Both the position numbers and the translations under genes were made by a program. Under the pieces are notes generated by a model that was given only the letters and a program-made list of their open reading frames with translations, had not been told where the DNA came from and made no database searches. This document shows positions 1 through 9,442 of a stretch of DNA of 47,993 nucleotides, one piece after another (positions within the stretch are counted from its first letter, which is position 1; each line of letters starts with the position of its first letter). Location: the NCBI GenBank assembly GCA_003557965.1, contig PWND01000166.1, positions 1 to 47,993 of the forward strand. The letters run 5' to 3'. The DNA comes from Bacteroidales bacterium (lineage in GTDB: Bacteria; Bacteroidota; Bacteroidia; Bacteroidales; UBA7960).

Positions 1-439
1 CCGCCGATTCAATATCCTGGCTTTTTACAATATCCTCAACTTCTCCCTTTAATCCGAGATAAAAATTTTTACTTTTACTGTTTGCTCCTACTGATGATAC
101 AAAAATGAATTTTGTGCAACCTGCTTCTTTACAAAATTTAGCAGCATTCACAGGAATATCATAATCCACCTTGCGATAATCTGCTTTATTGCTTTTTACT
201 TTTTTATTGGTTGTGCCAATAGTGCAAAAAACTACATTGCTCCCGTTAACTGATGATTTAAAAGCTTCATGGTCTTCAAAATCAATTACATTTTCTTTTA
301 CTTTTGGGTGGTTAATGTTTAGTGGCCGTCTTGTAATTATACTGGTTTGTGATAAGCTGTCATCATTTATCAATAACTCCAGCAAATGGCTTCCAATTAG
401 TCCGCTTGCCCCTATCAGTGTTGCTTTTAAAGGTTTCAT
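1..439 (-). CDS. NAD(P)H-binding oxidoreductase, atypical SDR (HTATIP2/YraR-like). Only the N-terminal 146 aa are present; the 3' end runs off the window.
   Basis: Absent from the ORF track because it has no stop in the window. I translated the reverse complement of 439->2 by hand and found no stop: MKPLKATLIGASGLIGSHLLELLINDD...VVFCTIGTTNKK...YRKVDYDIPVNAAKFCKEAGCTKFIFVSSVGANSKS..YLGLKGEVE. It has an N-terminal GxxGxxG Rossmann motif. The + strand ORF 189..476 is antisense to it. Confidence 0.75.
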   Translation of the reverse strand, partial: MKPLKATLIGASGLIGSHLLELLINDDSLSQTSIITRRPLNINHPKVKENVIDFEDHEAFKSSVNGSNVVFCTIGTTNKKVKSNKADYRKVDYDIPVNAAKFCKEAGCTKFIFVSSVGANSKSKNFYLGLKGEVEDIVKSQDIESA

Positions 440-518
440 GTATATTGATTTTTTACTGAGGTTTTTACTTATGTAAAAAACAACAAGTACCTGGTGTAAT
501 AAGTTTGAAATCCAGAAA

Positions 519-1709
519 TTAATTTATAACCTTTAATTCCTTACCTACTTTAATAAAAGCGTTTATAGCTTTGTCAAGATGTTTTTTCTCGTGCGCTGCA
601 GACAGCTGTACGCGTATTCTTGCTTGTCCTTTAGGAACAACCGGGAAGTTGAACCCAATAACAAATATTCCTTCCTCCATCATTCGGGCAGCAAATTTTT
701 GTGATAACGGCGCATCATACAGCATTAAAGCAACAATGGCTGAGTCAGACGGCTTAATGTCGAAACCTGCTTTGCCAATTTTTTCTTTGAAGTAAACGGC
801 ATTGCTCATCAATTTATCTCTAAGGCTTGTATCCCCTTCTATAAGGTCAAATACAGCTAATGAAGCACCAATAATAGCAGGGCTTAAAGAGTTAGAAAAC
901 AAATATGGTCTTGAATGCTGTCGTAGCATTGTAATAATTTCTTTGCTGCCGGTTGTAAATCCTCCCAGTCCGCCTCCAAGTGCCTTGCCTAAAGTTCCTG
1001 TAATTATATCAACCTTACCATGCACACCATGATACTCTGCTGAACCACGGCCGGTTTTACCTATGAAACCCGCTGAATGGCACTCATCTGACATGATAAG
1101 GGCATCATACTTTTGAGCTAATGAAACTATATCGTGCATTTTAGCAATATCTCCATCCATAGAGAAAACGCCATCCGTTACTATAATCCGATAACGCTGC
1201 GATTGCGATGCTTTTAGCTGCTTCTCAAGGTCGTCCATGTCGGAATGGTTGAAACGATAACGTTTAGCTTTACACAGACGCACACCATCTATTATTGATG
1301 CATGGTTTAATGCATCTGATATTATTGCATCATTTTCGTCAAAAAGCGGCGCAAAAACACCACCGTTTGCATCAAAACAAGCCGCATATAATATTGTATC
1401 CTCTGTGCTGAAAAAATTACTTATTCTGCTTTCAAGCTCTTTATGTATGTCTTGTGTTCCGCATATAAACCTTACCGATGATAAACCAAAACCATGAGTG
1501 TCCATTGCTTGTTTGGCTCCTTCTATTACTGATGAATGATTTGACAAACCAAGGTAGTTGTTGGCACAAAAATTAATAACCTCATGGCCACTGTCAAACT
1601 TAATAATTGCTGACTGTGCACTCGTTATTACGGACTCTTTTTTATATAATCCTGAACTCTTAATTTCTTCAATTTGTTCCTGTAAAAATTCTTTAAAGTC
1701 TTTTTTCAT
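519..1709 (-). CDS. kbl: Glycine C-acetyltransferase (2-amino-3-ketobutyrate CoA ligase), PLP-dependent
   Basis: 396 aa with full-length alpha-oxoamine synthase features: NNYLGL, SDALNHASIIDG, DGVFSMDGD, and the PLP-lysine context GTLGKALGG. Confidence 0.9.
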   Translation of the reverse strand: MKKDFKEFLQEQIEEIKSSGLYKKESVITSAQSAIIKFDSGHEVINFCANNYLGLSNHSSVIEGAKQAMDTHGFGLSSVRFICGTQDIHKELESRISNFFSTEDTILYAACFDANGGVFAPLFDENDAIISDALNHASIIDGVRLCKAKRYRFNHSDMDDLEKQLKASQSQRYRIIVTDGVFSMDGDIAKMHDIVSLAQKYDALIMSDECHSAGFIGKTGRGSAEYHGVHGKVDIITGTLGKALGGGLGGFTTGSKEIITMLRQHSRPYLFSNSLSPAIIGASLAVFDLIEGDTSLRDKLMSNAVYFKEKIGKAGFDIKPSDSAIVALMLYDAPLSQKFAARMMEEGIFVIGFNFPVVPKGQARIRVQLSAAHEKKHLDKAINAFIKVGKELKVIN

Positions 1710-1846
1710 CCGTGTAAATTAGTGTTATCAAATTGATTATTAGTATTATGCGTATTCATGTATTCAATTTAAGGTGCTTTTATCCTGATGGAACCCTCAT
1801 GTTTACACATGCACTTTTGTAAATGTTTAATAGATGAGGGTTTCAT
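1703..1846. repeat. Left copy of an inverted repeat pair (partner at 9734..9866). It contains a 13-bp-stem hairpin, with arms at 1788-1800 and 1834-1846.
   Basis: Hand alignment with the reverse complement of 9734..9866 gives about 10 mismatches over 133 aligned nt plus an 11-nt insertion (aaggtgctttt) in this copy. The repeat extends over the first 7 nt (ATGAAAA) of kbl. Confidence 0.85.
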
Positions 1847-2007
1847 TTCTCGATTCGTTGTTGTGAGTGTAACTAACTCAAAAATGTTTACAAAGGTAAT
1901 TAAAACAGACATAACCCTGAAAAGCTTAATTCAGGTTTTTGGTTTGCGTTTAAAAAAATGTATCTTTACATTGCGAAAAAATTTTTTTAATCATAAAAAT
2001 AAAAAAT

Positions 2008-3678
2008 ATGAAAAAAGATATTGAAATTGCAAGGGAAGCTAAGATGCTTCATATTGAAGAAATTGCGCAACAACTAAATATTGACAAAAACCAACTGGAA
2101 ACTTATGGCAAATATAAAGCAAAATTGCCCCTGACGTTAATTGACGAAGAAAAAATTAAAAACAACAAACTAATCCTTGTAACAGCTATTACACCTACTC
2201 CGTCCGGGGAAGGTAAAACGACTACGGCTATTGGGTTATCACAGGGGATGAATCTCTTAAACCACAAAACAACGGTTGTAATCAGAGAGCCATCATTAGG
2301 CCCCGTTTTTGGAATTAAAGGAGGCGCTGCCGGTGGAGGATATTCCCAGGTTGTTCCTATGGAGGATATTAATCTGCATTTTACCGGTGATTTTGCAGCG
2401 ATTGAAAAAGCACATAACCTGTTGTCAGCAATTATTGACAATAACCTGCATAGTAAAACAAGAAAACTTGGGCTTGACCCAAGAACTATTGCATGGAAGA
2501 GGGTAATTGACATGAACGACAGAGCTTTAAGGAACATCGTTATTGGCCTTGGTGGTGTTACCCAGGGCGTGCCGAGAGAAAGCGGTTTTGATATTACTGC
2601 TGCTTCTGAAATTATGGCAATTCTTTGCTTAGTGAATGATTTGGAAGACCTTAAAAAAAGACTTGGAAATATTTTTGTAGGCTTTACTTATGATAAAAAA
2701 CCTGTATATGCCAGAGACCTCAATGCCCAGGGTGCTATGGCGGCATTACTTAAAGAGGCCATAAAGCCAAATCTTGTGCAGACTTTAGAAAACACTCCGG
2801 CTATAATTCATGGTGGCCCTTTTGCTAATATTGCGCAGGGAACAAACTCTCTTATTGCTACAAAAGTTGCGCTTTCATTAAGTGATTATGTTGTTACTGA
2901 AGCCGGATTTGCTTCTGAACTTGGAGCTGAAAAGTTTTTCGACATTAAATGCCAGTACGGAAACCTTAAGCCCAGCGCTACTGTCCTTCTTGTTACTTTA
3001 AAAGCACTAAAGCATAGTGCTGGCATTGATTTAAAAGAAGTGAAACAAAAAAATCCTGATGCTGTAAAAACAGGGCTTGATAACCTTGAAAAGCATATTG
3101 AAAACCTGAATCACTTTAACTTTAAGCCGGTTATTGCCCTTAAAAATTATGAATTTGACTCAAAAGAAGAACAAAAAGTAGTCGTAGATTACTTGAATAA
3201 AAAAGGAATTAGTTTTGCCATTAATGATGAATGGTCTTATGGAGGTGAGGGAGCCAAAGGCCTGGCAGAGAAAGTTGTAGAAGCAGCTAACTCATATTCT
3301 CAGGAGTATAAACCATTATACGGCTTTGATATGAGCATAGAAGATAAGATTAAAACGGTAAGCACCAAAATGTATGGAGCTAAAGACGTTGAATATACTG
3401 CCGCTGCAAAAAAGAAACTGAAAGTCATTAATGATTTAAACTTAAACAACCTGCCTGTTTGTATTGCAAAAACGCAAAACTCGTTATCAGATAATCCAAA
3501 ATTAAAAAACAGGCCGAAAGACTTTGTTGTTAATATTAGAGATATTGAAATTGCCGCAGGTGCCGGCTTTGTTGTTCCTATTGCAGGAAGTATAATGCGT
3601 ATGCCCGGATTGCCTGAAGTGCCGGCAGCTGAAGCTGTAGATATTGACAAAAACGGCAACATTACCGGCTTAGCCTAA
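2008..3678 (+). CDS. fhs: Formate--tetrahydrofolate ligase
   Basis: 556 aa with the TPTPSGEGKTTT P-loop, VREPSLGPVFGIKGGAAGGGYSQV, and the C-terminal VCIAKTQ.S.SD motif typical of FTHFS. Confidence 0.95.
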   Translation: MKKDIEIAREAKMLHIEEIAQQLNIDKNQLETYGKYKAKLPLTLIDEEKIKNNKLILVTAITPTPSGEGKTTTAIGLSQGMNLLNHKTTVVIREPSLGPVFGIKGGAAGGGYSQVVPMEDINLHFTGDFAAIEKAHNLLSAIIDNNLHSKTRKLGLDPRTIAWKRVIDMNDRALRNIVIGLGGVTQGVPRESGFDITAASEIMAILCLVNDLEDLKKRLGNIFVGFTYDKKPVYARDLNAQGAMAALLKEAIKPNLVQTLENTPAIIHGGPFANIAQGTNSLIATKVALSLSDYVVTEAGFASELGAEKFFDIKCQYGNLKPSATVLLVTLKALKHSAGIDLKEVKQKNPDAVKTGLDNLEKHIENLNHFNFKPVIALKNYEFDSKEEQKVVVDYLNKKGISFAINDEWSYGGEGAKGLAEKVVEAANSYSQEYKPLYGFDMSIEDKIKTVSTKMYGAKDVEYTAAAKKKLKVINDLNLNNLPVCIAKTQNSLSDNPKLKNRPKDFVVNIRDIEIAAGAGFVVPIAGSIMRMPGLPEVPAAEAVDIDKNGNITGLA

Positions 3679-3731
3679 AGCCGTTACTTGTTGCGGGGTA
3701 TTTAAGCAAACTATTAAAGAACTTATTTTTA

Positions 3732-4211
3732 ATGCTTGTTATGAAAGAGAAGCTTGATATAATTTTATCCTCTTTTAGTGGTGAAGGCAGAGAGCTCATT
3801 CCTGTATTACAAAAAATACAGGAAGAAATGGGATATCTTTCACCTGAAGCAATGCTTTATGCTGCTGAATTTTTGAAAATTCCTCCAAGCAACGTTTTTG
3901 GTGTAGCATCGTTTTACGAACAATTCAGGTTTTCTCCGGTTGGTAAAAAAATAGTAATGGTTTGCCAGGGTACCGCATGTCATGTTAAAGGTGCTGAAAA
4001 AGTTATGAATGAAATATCACGTCATATTGGAATAAAAGAAGGCCAAACCAGGGAAGACATGGAATATACTTTAAAAGGCGTAGCATGTATTGGCTGCTGC
4101 GCCCTGGCTCCTTGCATTACCATTAATGACGATGTCCATGGGCGGCTAACGCCAAAGCTTATTGAAAAGATTTTTATTAAGAAACCAGTGAATAAAAAAA
4201 CCAATGAGTAA
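3732..4211 (+). CDS. NuoE/HndA-like [2Fe-2S] thioredoxin-fold subunit of an NAD(P)-linked oxidoreductase
   Basis: 159 aa with the Cys pattern CQGTACHV...CIGCCALAPC typical of the NuoE/24 kDa family. It overlaps the next gene by 8 nt (4204-4211), which suggests translational coupling. Confidence 0.85.
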   Translation: MLVMKEKLDIILSSFSGEGRELIPVLQKIQEEMGYLSPEAMLYAAEFLKIPPSNVFGVASFYEQFRFSPVGKKIVMVCQGTACHVKGAEKVMNEISRHIGIKEGQTREDMEYTLKGVACIGCCALAPCITINDDVHGRLTPKLIEKIFIKKPVNKKTNE

Positions 4212-6009
4212 AAATCTCAAGTCACGGGAGCTACTTGTTTGCTGTGGAACAGGTTGTGTGTCTGCAAAATCAGACCAGATACTTGATGAACTTAAAAAGG
4301 CCACATCAAACAATCCGGTAAAGATAAAGCCTACCGGCTGCCATGGTTTTTGTCAGCAAGGCCCTTTGGTAATTTCAGAACCTGAAGGAATTATGTACTG
4401 CAACATAACAAATGATGATGTTGAAGAAATTGCGAACTCTCACATTGAAAAAAACAAGCCTGTTGAAAGGCTTTTTTATCAGGACCCAGTAACGGGAAAA
4501 AGAATACCGCACTATAACGATATCAAGTTTTACAAAGAGCAGAAGCGCTTAATCCTTCGTAATTGTGGCCATATTAACCCGGAAGAAATTGATGAATATA
4601 CGGATAATGGCGGATACCAAGCTGCAAAGAAAGCTCTTAACGAAATGAAGCCTGAAGATATTTTAATGATGATAAAAAAGTCTTCTTTAAGAGGATTAGG
4701 TGGTGCCGGCTTCCCTACAGGACTTAAATGGGAGTTTTGTTATAATGTAAAAGCGGATGAAAAATATGTGATTTGCAATGGCGATGAAGGAGACCCGGGT
4801 TCTTTCCAGGACAGGTCTGTTTTTGAAGGAGACCCTCATTCTGTTATTGAAGGCATGATAATCGCAGGTAAAACAATAGGAGCAAATAAAGGCTACATAT
4901 ATGTTAGAGCAGAATATCCCCTTGCTGTGAAAAGGCTTAAAATTGCAATTAGGCAGGCGCATGAAAAAGCTTTTCTTGGAAAAAACATTTTGGGAAGCAA
5001 GTACAGTTTTGATATTGAAATTTTTCAAGGTGCAGGTGCTTTTGTTTGTGGTGAGGAAACTGCACTGATAAATTCGATTGAAGGCAAAAGGGGTACACCA
5101 AGGCAAAGGCCACCTTTCCCCGCAGAATCAGGGCTTTGGGGTAAGCCAACCCTGATAAATAATGTAAAAACATTAGCTTCTGTGGCAAACATTATTAATA
5201 ATGGAACAGAATGGTTTAATAAAATGGGAACTAAAACCAGCAAAGGAACTGCTATTTTTTCTCTGACAGGAGAAGCAGCAAATTGCGGACTGGTAGAAGT
5301 TCCAATGGGAATGACGTTGCGTAAAATAATATATGAAATAGGCGGGGGAACAACTGATAATAAAAAGTTTAAGGCTCTGCAGATAGGTGGGCCGTCCGGA
5401 GGATGCCTGCCAGAAAGCCTTCTGGATATTAACGTTGACTTTGATTCTTTAAAAAAGGCTGGTGCAATGATGGGGTCCGGTGGTATGGTTGTAATGGACG
5501 AAACAACCTGCATGGTTGATGTTGCTAAATACTTTCTTGACTTTACACAAAAAGAATCGTGCGGTGATTGTAACCCATGCAGGCTGGGAACAAAACAAAT
5601 GCTTGATATTCTTAATGATATTGTGGAAGGAAAAGGGAAGCCTGAGGACATTGACCTGCTTTCTTATTTATCGGAAAGTATTAAAACAGGGTCTTTGTGC
5701 GGATTAGGGCAAACAGCCCCCAATCCGGTTCTTACAACTTTAAAATATTTTAGAGAGGAATATGAAGAGCACGTTAATAAAAAACTATGCCGTGCAAAAA
5801 AATGTAAAGCACTGATTTCCTACTATATCAACCCTGATAAATGTACTGGTTGTCATATATGCTTTAAAAACTGCCCGGATAACGCAATCTTCGGCGAGGC
5901 AAAAAAAACACATGAAATAATCCAGGATAAATGCACCAGGTGTGGAATTTGTTTTGAAAAATGCCCCCCCAAGTTTAATGCTATAGAATGCTACCCGGGA
6001 AAAATTTGA
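4204..6009 (+). CDS. NuoF/HydB/HndC-like flavoprotein subunit (FMN/NAD(P)H site) with an N-terminal [2Fe-2S] thioredoxin-like domain and a C-terminal 2x[4Fe-4S] ferredoxin domain
   Basis: 601 aa. N-terminal CCGTGC...CHGFC; GLGGAGFPTGLKW (FMN/NADH site); ESCGDCNPCRLG (N3-type cluster); C-terminal CTGCHICFKNCP and CTRCGICFEKCP. Confidence 0.88.
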   Translation: MSKNLKSRELLVCCGTGCVSAKSDQILDELKKATSNNPVKIKPTGCHGFCQQGPLVISEPEGIMYCNITNDDVEEIANSHIEKNKPVERLFYQDPVTGKRIPHYNDIKFYKEQKRLILRNCGHINPEEIDEYTDNGGYQAAKKALNEMKPEDILMMIKKSSLRGLGGAGFPTGLKWEFCYNVKADEKYVICNGDEGDPGSFQDRSVFEGDPHSVIEGMIIAGKTIGANKGYIYVRAEYPLAVKRLKIAIRQAHEKAFLGKNILGSKYSFDIEIFQGAGAFVCGEETALINSIEGKRGTPRQRPPFPAESGLWGKPTLINNVKTLASVANIINNGTEWFNKMGTKTSKGTAIFSLTGEAANCGLVEVPMGMTLRKIIYEIGGGTTDNKKFKALQIGGPSGGCLPESLLDINVDFDSLKKAGAMMGSGGMVVMDETTCMVDVAKYFLDFTQKESCGDCNPCRLGTKQMLDILNDIVEGKGKPEDIDLLSYLSESIKTGSLCGLGQTAPNPVLTTLKYFREEYEEHVNKKLCRAKKCKALISYYINPDKCTGCHICFKNCPDNAIFGEAKKTHEIIQDKCTRCGICFEKCPPKFNAIECYPGKI

Positions 6010-6044
6010 ATATCGGTTTTGTCGTGGTAAAAAAATATTGAAGT

Positions 6045-8720
6045 ATGAGCGATGTTAACATAATAATAGATGGTATTGAAGTTAAAGCTAAAGCTGGAAA
6101 AACTATTTTAGACGCAGCTCTCGAAAACAATATTTATATACCAAACTTATGCCACCACCCGGAACTTGTGCCAACAGGAACATGCAGAATGTGCCTTGTA
6201 GAAGTAGAAGGGATTAGTTCTGTTGTTGTTGCTTGTAAAACAATTGTAAGGCAAGGGATGTCTGTATCAACAGAAAGCCCGCTGATTAATTCTACCAGAA
6301 GAGCTACGCTTGAGTTGCTGCATATAAACCACAAACAGGATTGTACAAACTGCAAAAAGAATGGAATATGTAAGCTTCAAGAGGTAACAGCATTTGTTGG
6401 AGTAAATGAAGGCCGCCTGAAGCTTTTGAGAAAAAACAAACCGCATGTACCACCCGATAAGTCAAATCCCTTTTTTAAACTCGATCATGATAAGTGTATT
6501 TTATGTGGTATTTGTATAAGAACATGTAATGAAATTCAGGGAGTTGATGCGCTACAGTTTGCTTACAGGGGTTATCATACAATAGTGTCGGCATTTTTAA
6601 ACCAAACTATAAAAGACTCTGTGTGTGAATCATGCGGCGAATGTGTGGTCAGATGTCCGGTAGGCGCACTTGTTCCCAAGCATACCAGTATGCCTTCAAG
6701 GGAGGTTAGCTCTGTATGCCCATACTGTGGTGTGGGATGTGGAATATTGCTTGGAGTTAGGGGAGATAAAATCACAAGCGTTACAGGGATAAAAGAAAGT
6801 CCTGTAAACAAAGGCCGGTTGTGCGTAAAGGGGCGCTACGGGTATGAATGGGTTAATCACTCAGAAAGATTAAAAAAGCCTTTGATAAAAAAAGGAGAAA
6901 ACTTTGTTGAATCAAGCTGGGATGAAGCCTTAACCCTTATTGCAGAAAAGCTATCAAAGTACAAAGGAGAAAGCTTTGCTACTTTTTCATCAGCAAAGTG
7001 CACCAACGAAGATAATTATATAATTCAGAAATTTACCAGGGCAGGAATGCTCACCAATAATATTGATCACTGTGCCAGGCTGTGCCACGCTCCCTCAGTT
7101 GCCGGGCTGGCTCAAAGTTTTGGCAGCGGAGCAATGACTAACACAATTGGCGAACTTGGAAAAGCAGGCTGTATTTTTGCCATTGGGACAAATACTACAG
7201 AAAGCCACCCGGTTATTGCATTAGAAGTTAAAAGTGCAAAGAAAAACGGAAGTAAGATAATTGTGGCAAATCCCAGGGAAATTGATTTATGCAAGTTTGC
7301 AGATATATGGCTACAACATAAGCCGGGAACTGATGTCCCTTTGCTTATGGGAATATGTAAAGCCATTATAAATAACGGCCTGGAAGATGAAGAATTTATT
7401 AATAGCCGGTGTGAAGGCTATTCTGAATTTAAGGAGTCATTAAAAGAGTATGATTTAAAAAATGTTGAAAAGATTACCGGGGTGCCAGCCGGGAAAATTA
7501 AAGAAGCTGCAAAAGTGTATGCTTCAATGGGCCCGTCAAGCATAATCTATGCTATGGGAATTACACAACACACGCATGGCACAGATAATGTTTTAGCAAT
7601 TAGCAACCTTGCTATGCTTACCGGAAATATTGGCAAAAAATCATCAGGAGTAAATCCCTTGCGTGGGCAAAATAATGTGCAGGGAGCATGCGATATGGGA
7701 GCTTTACCTAATTTTTTTCCCGGATATCAAAAAGTATTAGAGGAAACCGTTATTAAGAAGTTTGAAAGTGCATGGGAGTGCAAGCTAAGTAATAAAACAG
7801 GAATTACATTAACGGAAATTATTGATGCAATTGATAGAAAGAAAGTAAAAGCCCTTTACCTGGTAGGAGAAAACTCGCTTCTAAGTGAACCTGATGCTAA
7901 TCACGTTAAAGAGGCTTTGAAAAAGCTTGAATTTTTTGTTGCACAGGATGTCTTTTTGTCAGAAACAGCATGCCTTGCAGATGTTGTTTTGCCTGCCGCT
8001 AGTTTTGCAGAAAAAGACGGAACTTTTACCAATACTGAAAGAAGAATACAGAGGGTAAGAAAGGCATTAAATCCAATTGGAGAATCAAAGCCGGATTGGC
8101 TTATTACGTGTATGATAGCTCAAAAGATGGGAATTAAAGGTTTTGAGTTTAGTGGTGCAAAAGAAATTTTTGACGAAATTTCAAAGCTTACACCATCTTA
8201 TAAAGGAGTATCGTACGAAAGAATTGATAAAACGGGTTTGCAGTGGCCGGTTTATGATAAAACGCACAAAGGAACGCCTGTTCTTCACAAGGAAAAATTT
8301 CTAACAAGTAACGGCTTAGGCAGATTCGCAAAGCTTAAATACAGGCCGCCGGCAGAAATTCCTGATAAAGAGTATCCGCTGTTACTAACCACGGAAAGAA
8401 GCTTATATCATTACCATACAGGAACTATGAGCAGAAGAGTTGATGGCCTTAACGTTTTAAACAGTGAGGAGCTTGTGGAAATAAACCCCACCGACGCTGA
8501 AAAATACAGATTGAAGGATGGTGATAAAGTCAGTGTTGAATCAAGAAGAGGAAGGGTTAACGCAGTGATTAAAACAACAAAAAAATGTCCCAAAGGTGTT
8601 ATTTCTATGAGCTTTCACTTTTTCGAAAGCCCAACGAATGTCATTACTAATCCTGCAATTGACCCGGTCGCCAAAATCCCTGAACTGAAAGTTGCTGCCG
8701 TAAGAATACAAAAAACATAA
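6045..8720 (+). CDS. fdhA: Formate dehydrogenase alpha subunit (FdhA/FdsA-type, Mo/W-bis-MGD), cysteine-type
   Basis: 891 aa. N-terminal [2Fe-2S] (CHHP...CRMCLVEV), a His/Cys cluster (HKQDCTNCKKNGICKLQ), 2x[4Fe-4S] (CILCGICIRTC, CESCGECVVRCP), the molybdopterin-domain cluster CPYCGVGCG, and active-site context HCARLCHAPSVAGL (Cys where FdhF has Sec). Confidence 0.9.
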   Translation: MSDVNIIIDGIEVKAKAGKTILDAALENNIYIPNLCHHPELVPTGTCRMCLVEVEGISSVVVACKTIVRQGMSVSTESPLINSTRRATLELLHINHKQDCTNCKKNGICKLQEVTAFVGVNEGRLKLLRKNKPHVPPDKSNPFFKLDHDKCILCGICIRTCNEIQGVDALQFAYRGYHTIVSAFLNQTIKDSVCESCGECVVRCPVGALVPKHTSMPSREVSSVCPYCGVGCGILLGVRGDKITSVTGIKESPVNKGRLCVKGRYGYEWVNHSERLKKPLIKKGENFVESSWDEALTLIAEKLSKYKGESFATFSSAKCTNEDNYIIQKFTRAGMLTNNIDHCARLCHAPSVAGLAQSFGSGAMTNTIGELGKAGCIFAIGTNTTESHPVIALEVKSAKKNGSKIIVANPREIDLCKFADIWLQHKPGTDVPLLMGICKAIINNGLEDEEFINSRCEGYSEFKESLKEYDLKNVEKITGVPAGKIKEAAKVYASMGPSSIIYAMGITQHTHGTDNVLAISNLAMLTGNIGKKSSGVNPLRGQNNVQGACDMGALPNFFPGYQKVLEETVIKKFESAWECKLSNKTGITLTEIIDAIDRKKVKALYLVGENSLLSEPDANHVKEALKKLEFFVAQDVFLSETACLADVVLPAASFAEKDGTFTNTERRIQRVRKALNPIGESKPDWLITCMIAQKMGIKGFEFSGAKEIFDEISKLTPSYKGVSYERIDKTGLQWPVYDKTHKGTPVLHKEKFLTSNGLGRFAKLKYRPPAEIPDKEYPLLLTTERSLYHYHTGTMSRRVDGLNVLNSEELVEINPTDAEKYRLKDGDKVSVESRRGRVNAVIKTTKKCPKGVISMSFHFFESPTNVITNPAIDPVAKIPELKVAAVRIQKT

Positions 8721-8761
8721 ATGTCGCAGAATGAAAGAAACAAAATAGAAATTTCTGCAAT

Positions 8762-9367
8762 TTATTGTTTGTCAGGCTTATCAATATTATTTGCTTTTTT
8801 CAAATCTTCAGGAGAATTTATGTTGAAAAAAATCTTTTCGGCAGAATAAACGTCTCTGATTTTATAAAAAAGGACATTCATGCCATGGTAAATATTCCTT
8901 ATCCTCTTATCATCACTTTGTAAAACATTTTTAGCTTTCTCTTTAATGCTTTGGCTATAAATTGCATGTAAGGGCTCTATGCCTTTTTTATGTTCCGGAA
9001 CAATCGCATCACAAGAACAGTTAATGTATTCAAGTATCAGTTCAGAAATAAACTCAGCAGAAATAAACGGCATATCACATGATAAAACAAAAACAGCATC
9101 AGCTTTTGAGTGTGTTAATGCAGAATGAATCCCTGCCAATGGCCCGGAAGAATTATAAATGTCTTTAACAACCTTGTAAGATATTGGCAAAGACAAATTG
9201 TTGCTTACCACAAAGATTTCATCAAACAGACAAGATAATACATCAATTTGTTTTTCAATAATTGTTTCTCCCCTAATATTTAATAATGCTTTTTGCTTTC
9301 CTCGCAAGCGCAAACTTTTGCCCCCCGAAAGTATAGCAGCTGATATTTTGTTTTGAGGATATTTCAT
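8762..9367 (-). CDS. mobA: Molybdenum cofactor guanylyltransferase
   Basis: 201 aa with AILSGGKSLRL..KALL at the N-terminus, GPLAGIHSAL, LSCDMPFI, EPLHAIY and NINSPEDL, matching conserved MobA blocks. It is convergent with fdhA. Confidence 0.85.
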   Translation of the reverse strand: MKYPQNKISAAILSGGKSLRLRGKQKALLNIRGETIIEKQIDVLSCLFDEIFVVSNNLSLPISYKVVKDIYNSSGPLAGIHSALTHSKADAVFVLSCDMPFISAEFISELILEYINCSCDAIVPEHKKGIEPLHAIYSQSIKEKAKNVLQSDDKRIRNIYHGMNVLFYKIRDVYSAEKIFFNINSPEDLKKANNIDKPDKQ

Positions 9368-9442
9368 AAATTATTGCTGTTTTCCGGCTAAATATAGTTT
9401 CTATACCTTACCCCTGTTGATGCTTGCATGGTAACTGTATTC

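Noticed and set aside
189-476. 95 aa + strand ORF from the track
   Set aside because: It lies entirely antisense to a much better minus-strand reading frame (1..439) that has a Rossmann motif and a recognisable SDR-like sequence. Its own composition is hydrophobic and low-complexity.
1847-2007. Possible ZTP (pfl-motif), THF or Moco riboswitch upstream of fhs or the formate dehydrogenase genes
   Set aside because: These riboswitches often precede fhs or Mo-enzyme genes, so I looked for them. The fhs leader is AT-rich and lacks the GC-rich conserved cores (for example the CCGCCTGGGC-like 3' part of the ZTP motif). The nuoE-like leader is only 53 nt. A covariance-model scan would settle this.
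1788-2024. 78 aa + strand ORF between kbl and fhs
   Set aside because: Its ATG is simply one arm of the repeated hairpin (ATGGAACCCTCAT), and the sequence has no recognisable features. It also overlaps the likely fhs promoter region and the fhs start.
5025-5651. Long antisense ORFs inside the NuoF-like gene, fdhA, the macroglobulin gene and the cyclases. Examples are 5025..5651 (208 aa), 2103..2537, 3300..3662, 43534..44028 and 47657..47980.
   Set aside because: All are embedded opposite strongly supported genes. They have biased Ser/Pro/Leu/Phe composition typical of the antisense of Gly/Glu/Lys-rich coding sequence, and they have no motifs.
6045-8720. Selenocysteine recoding in fdhA
   Set aside because: The ORF is uninterrupted, and the Sec-equivalent position is a TGC Cys codon (7083-7085).
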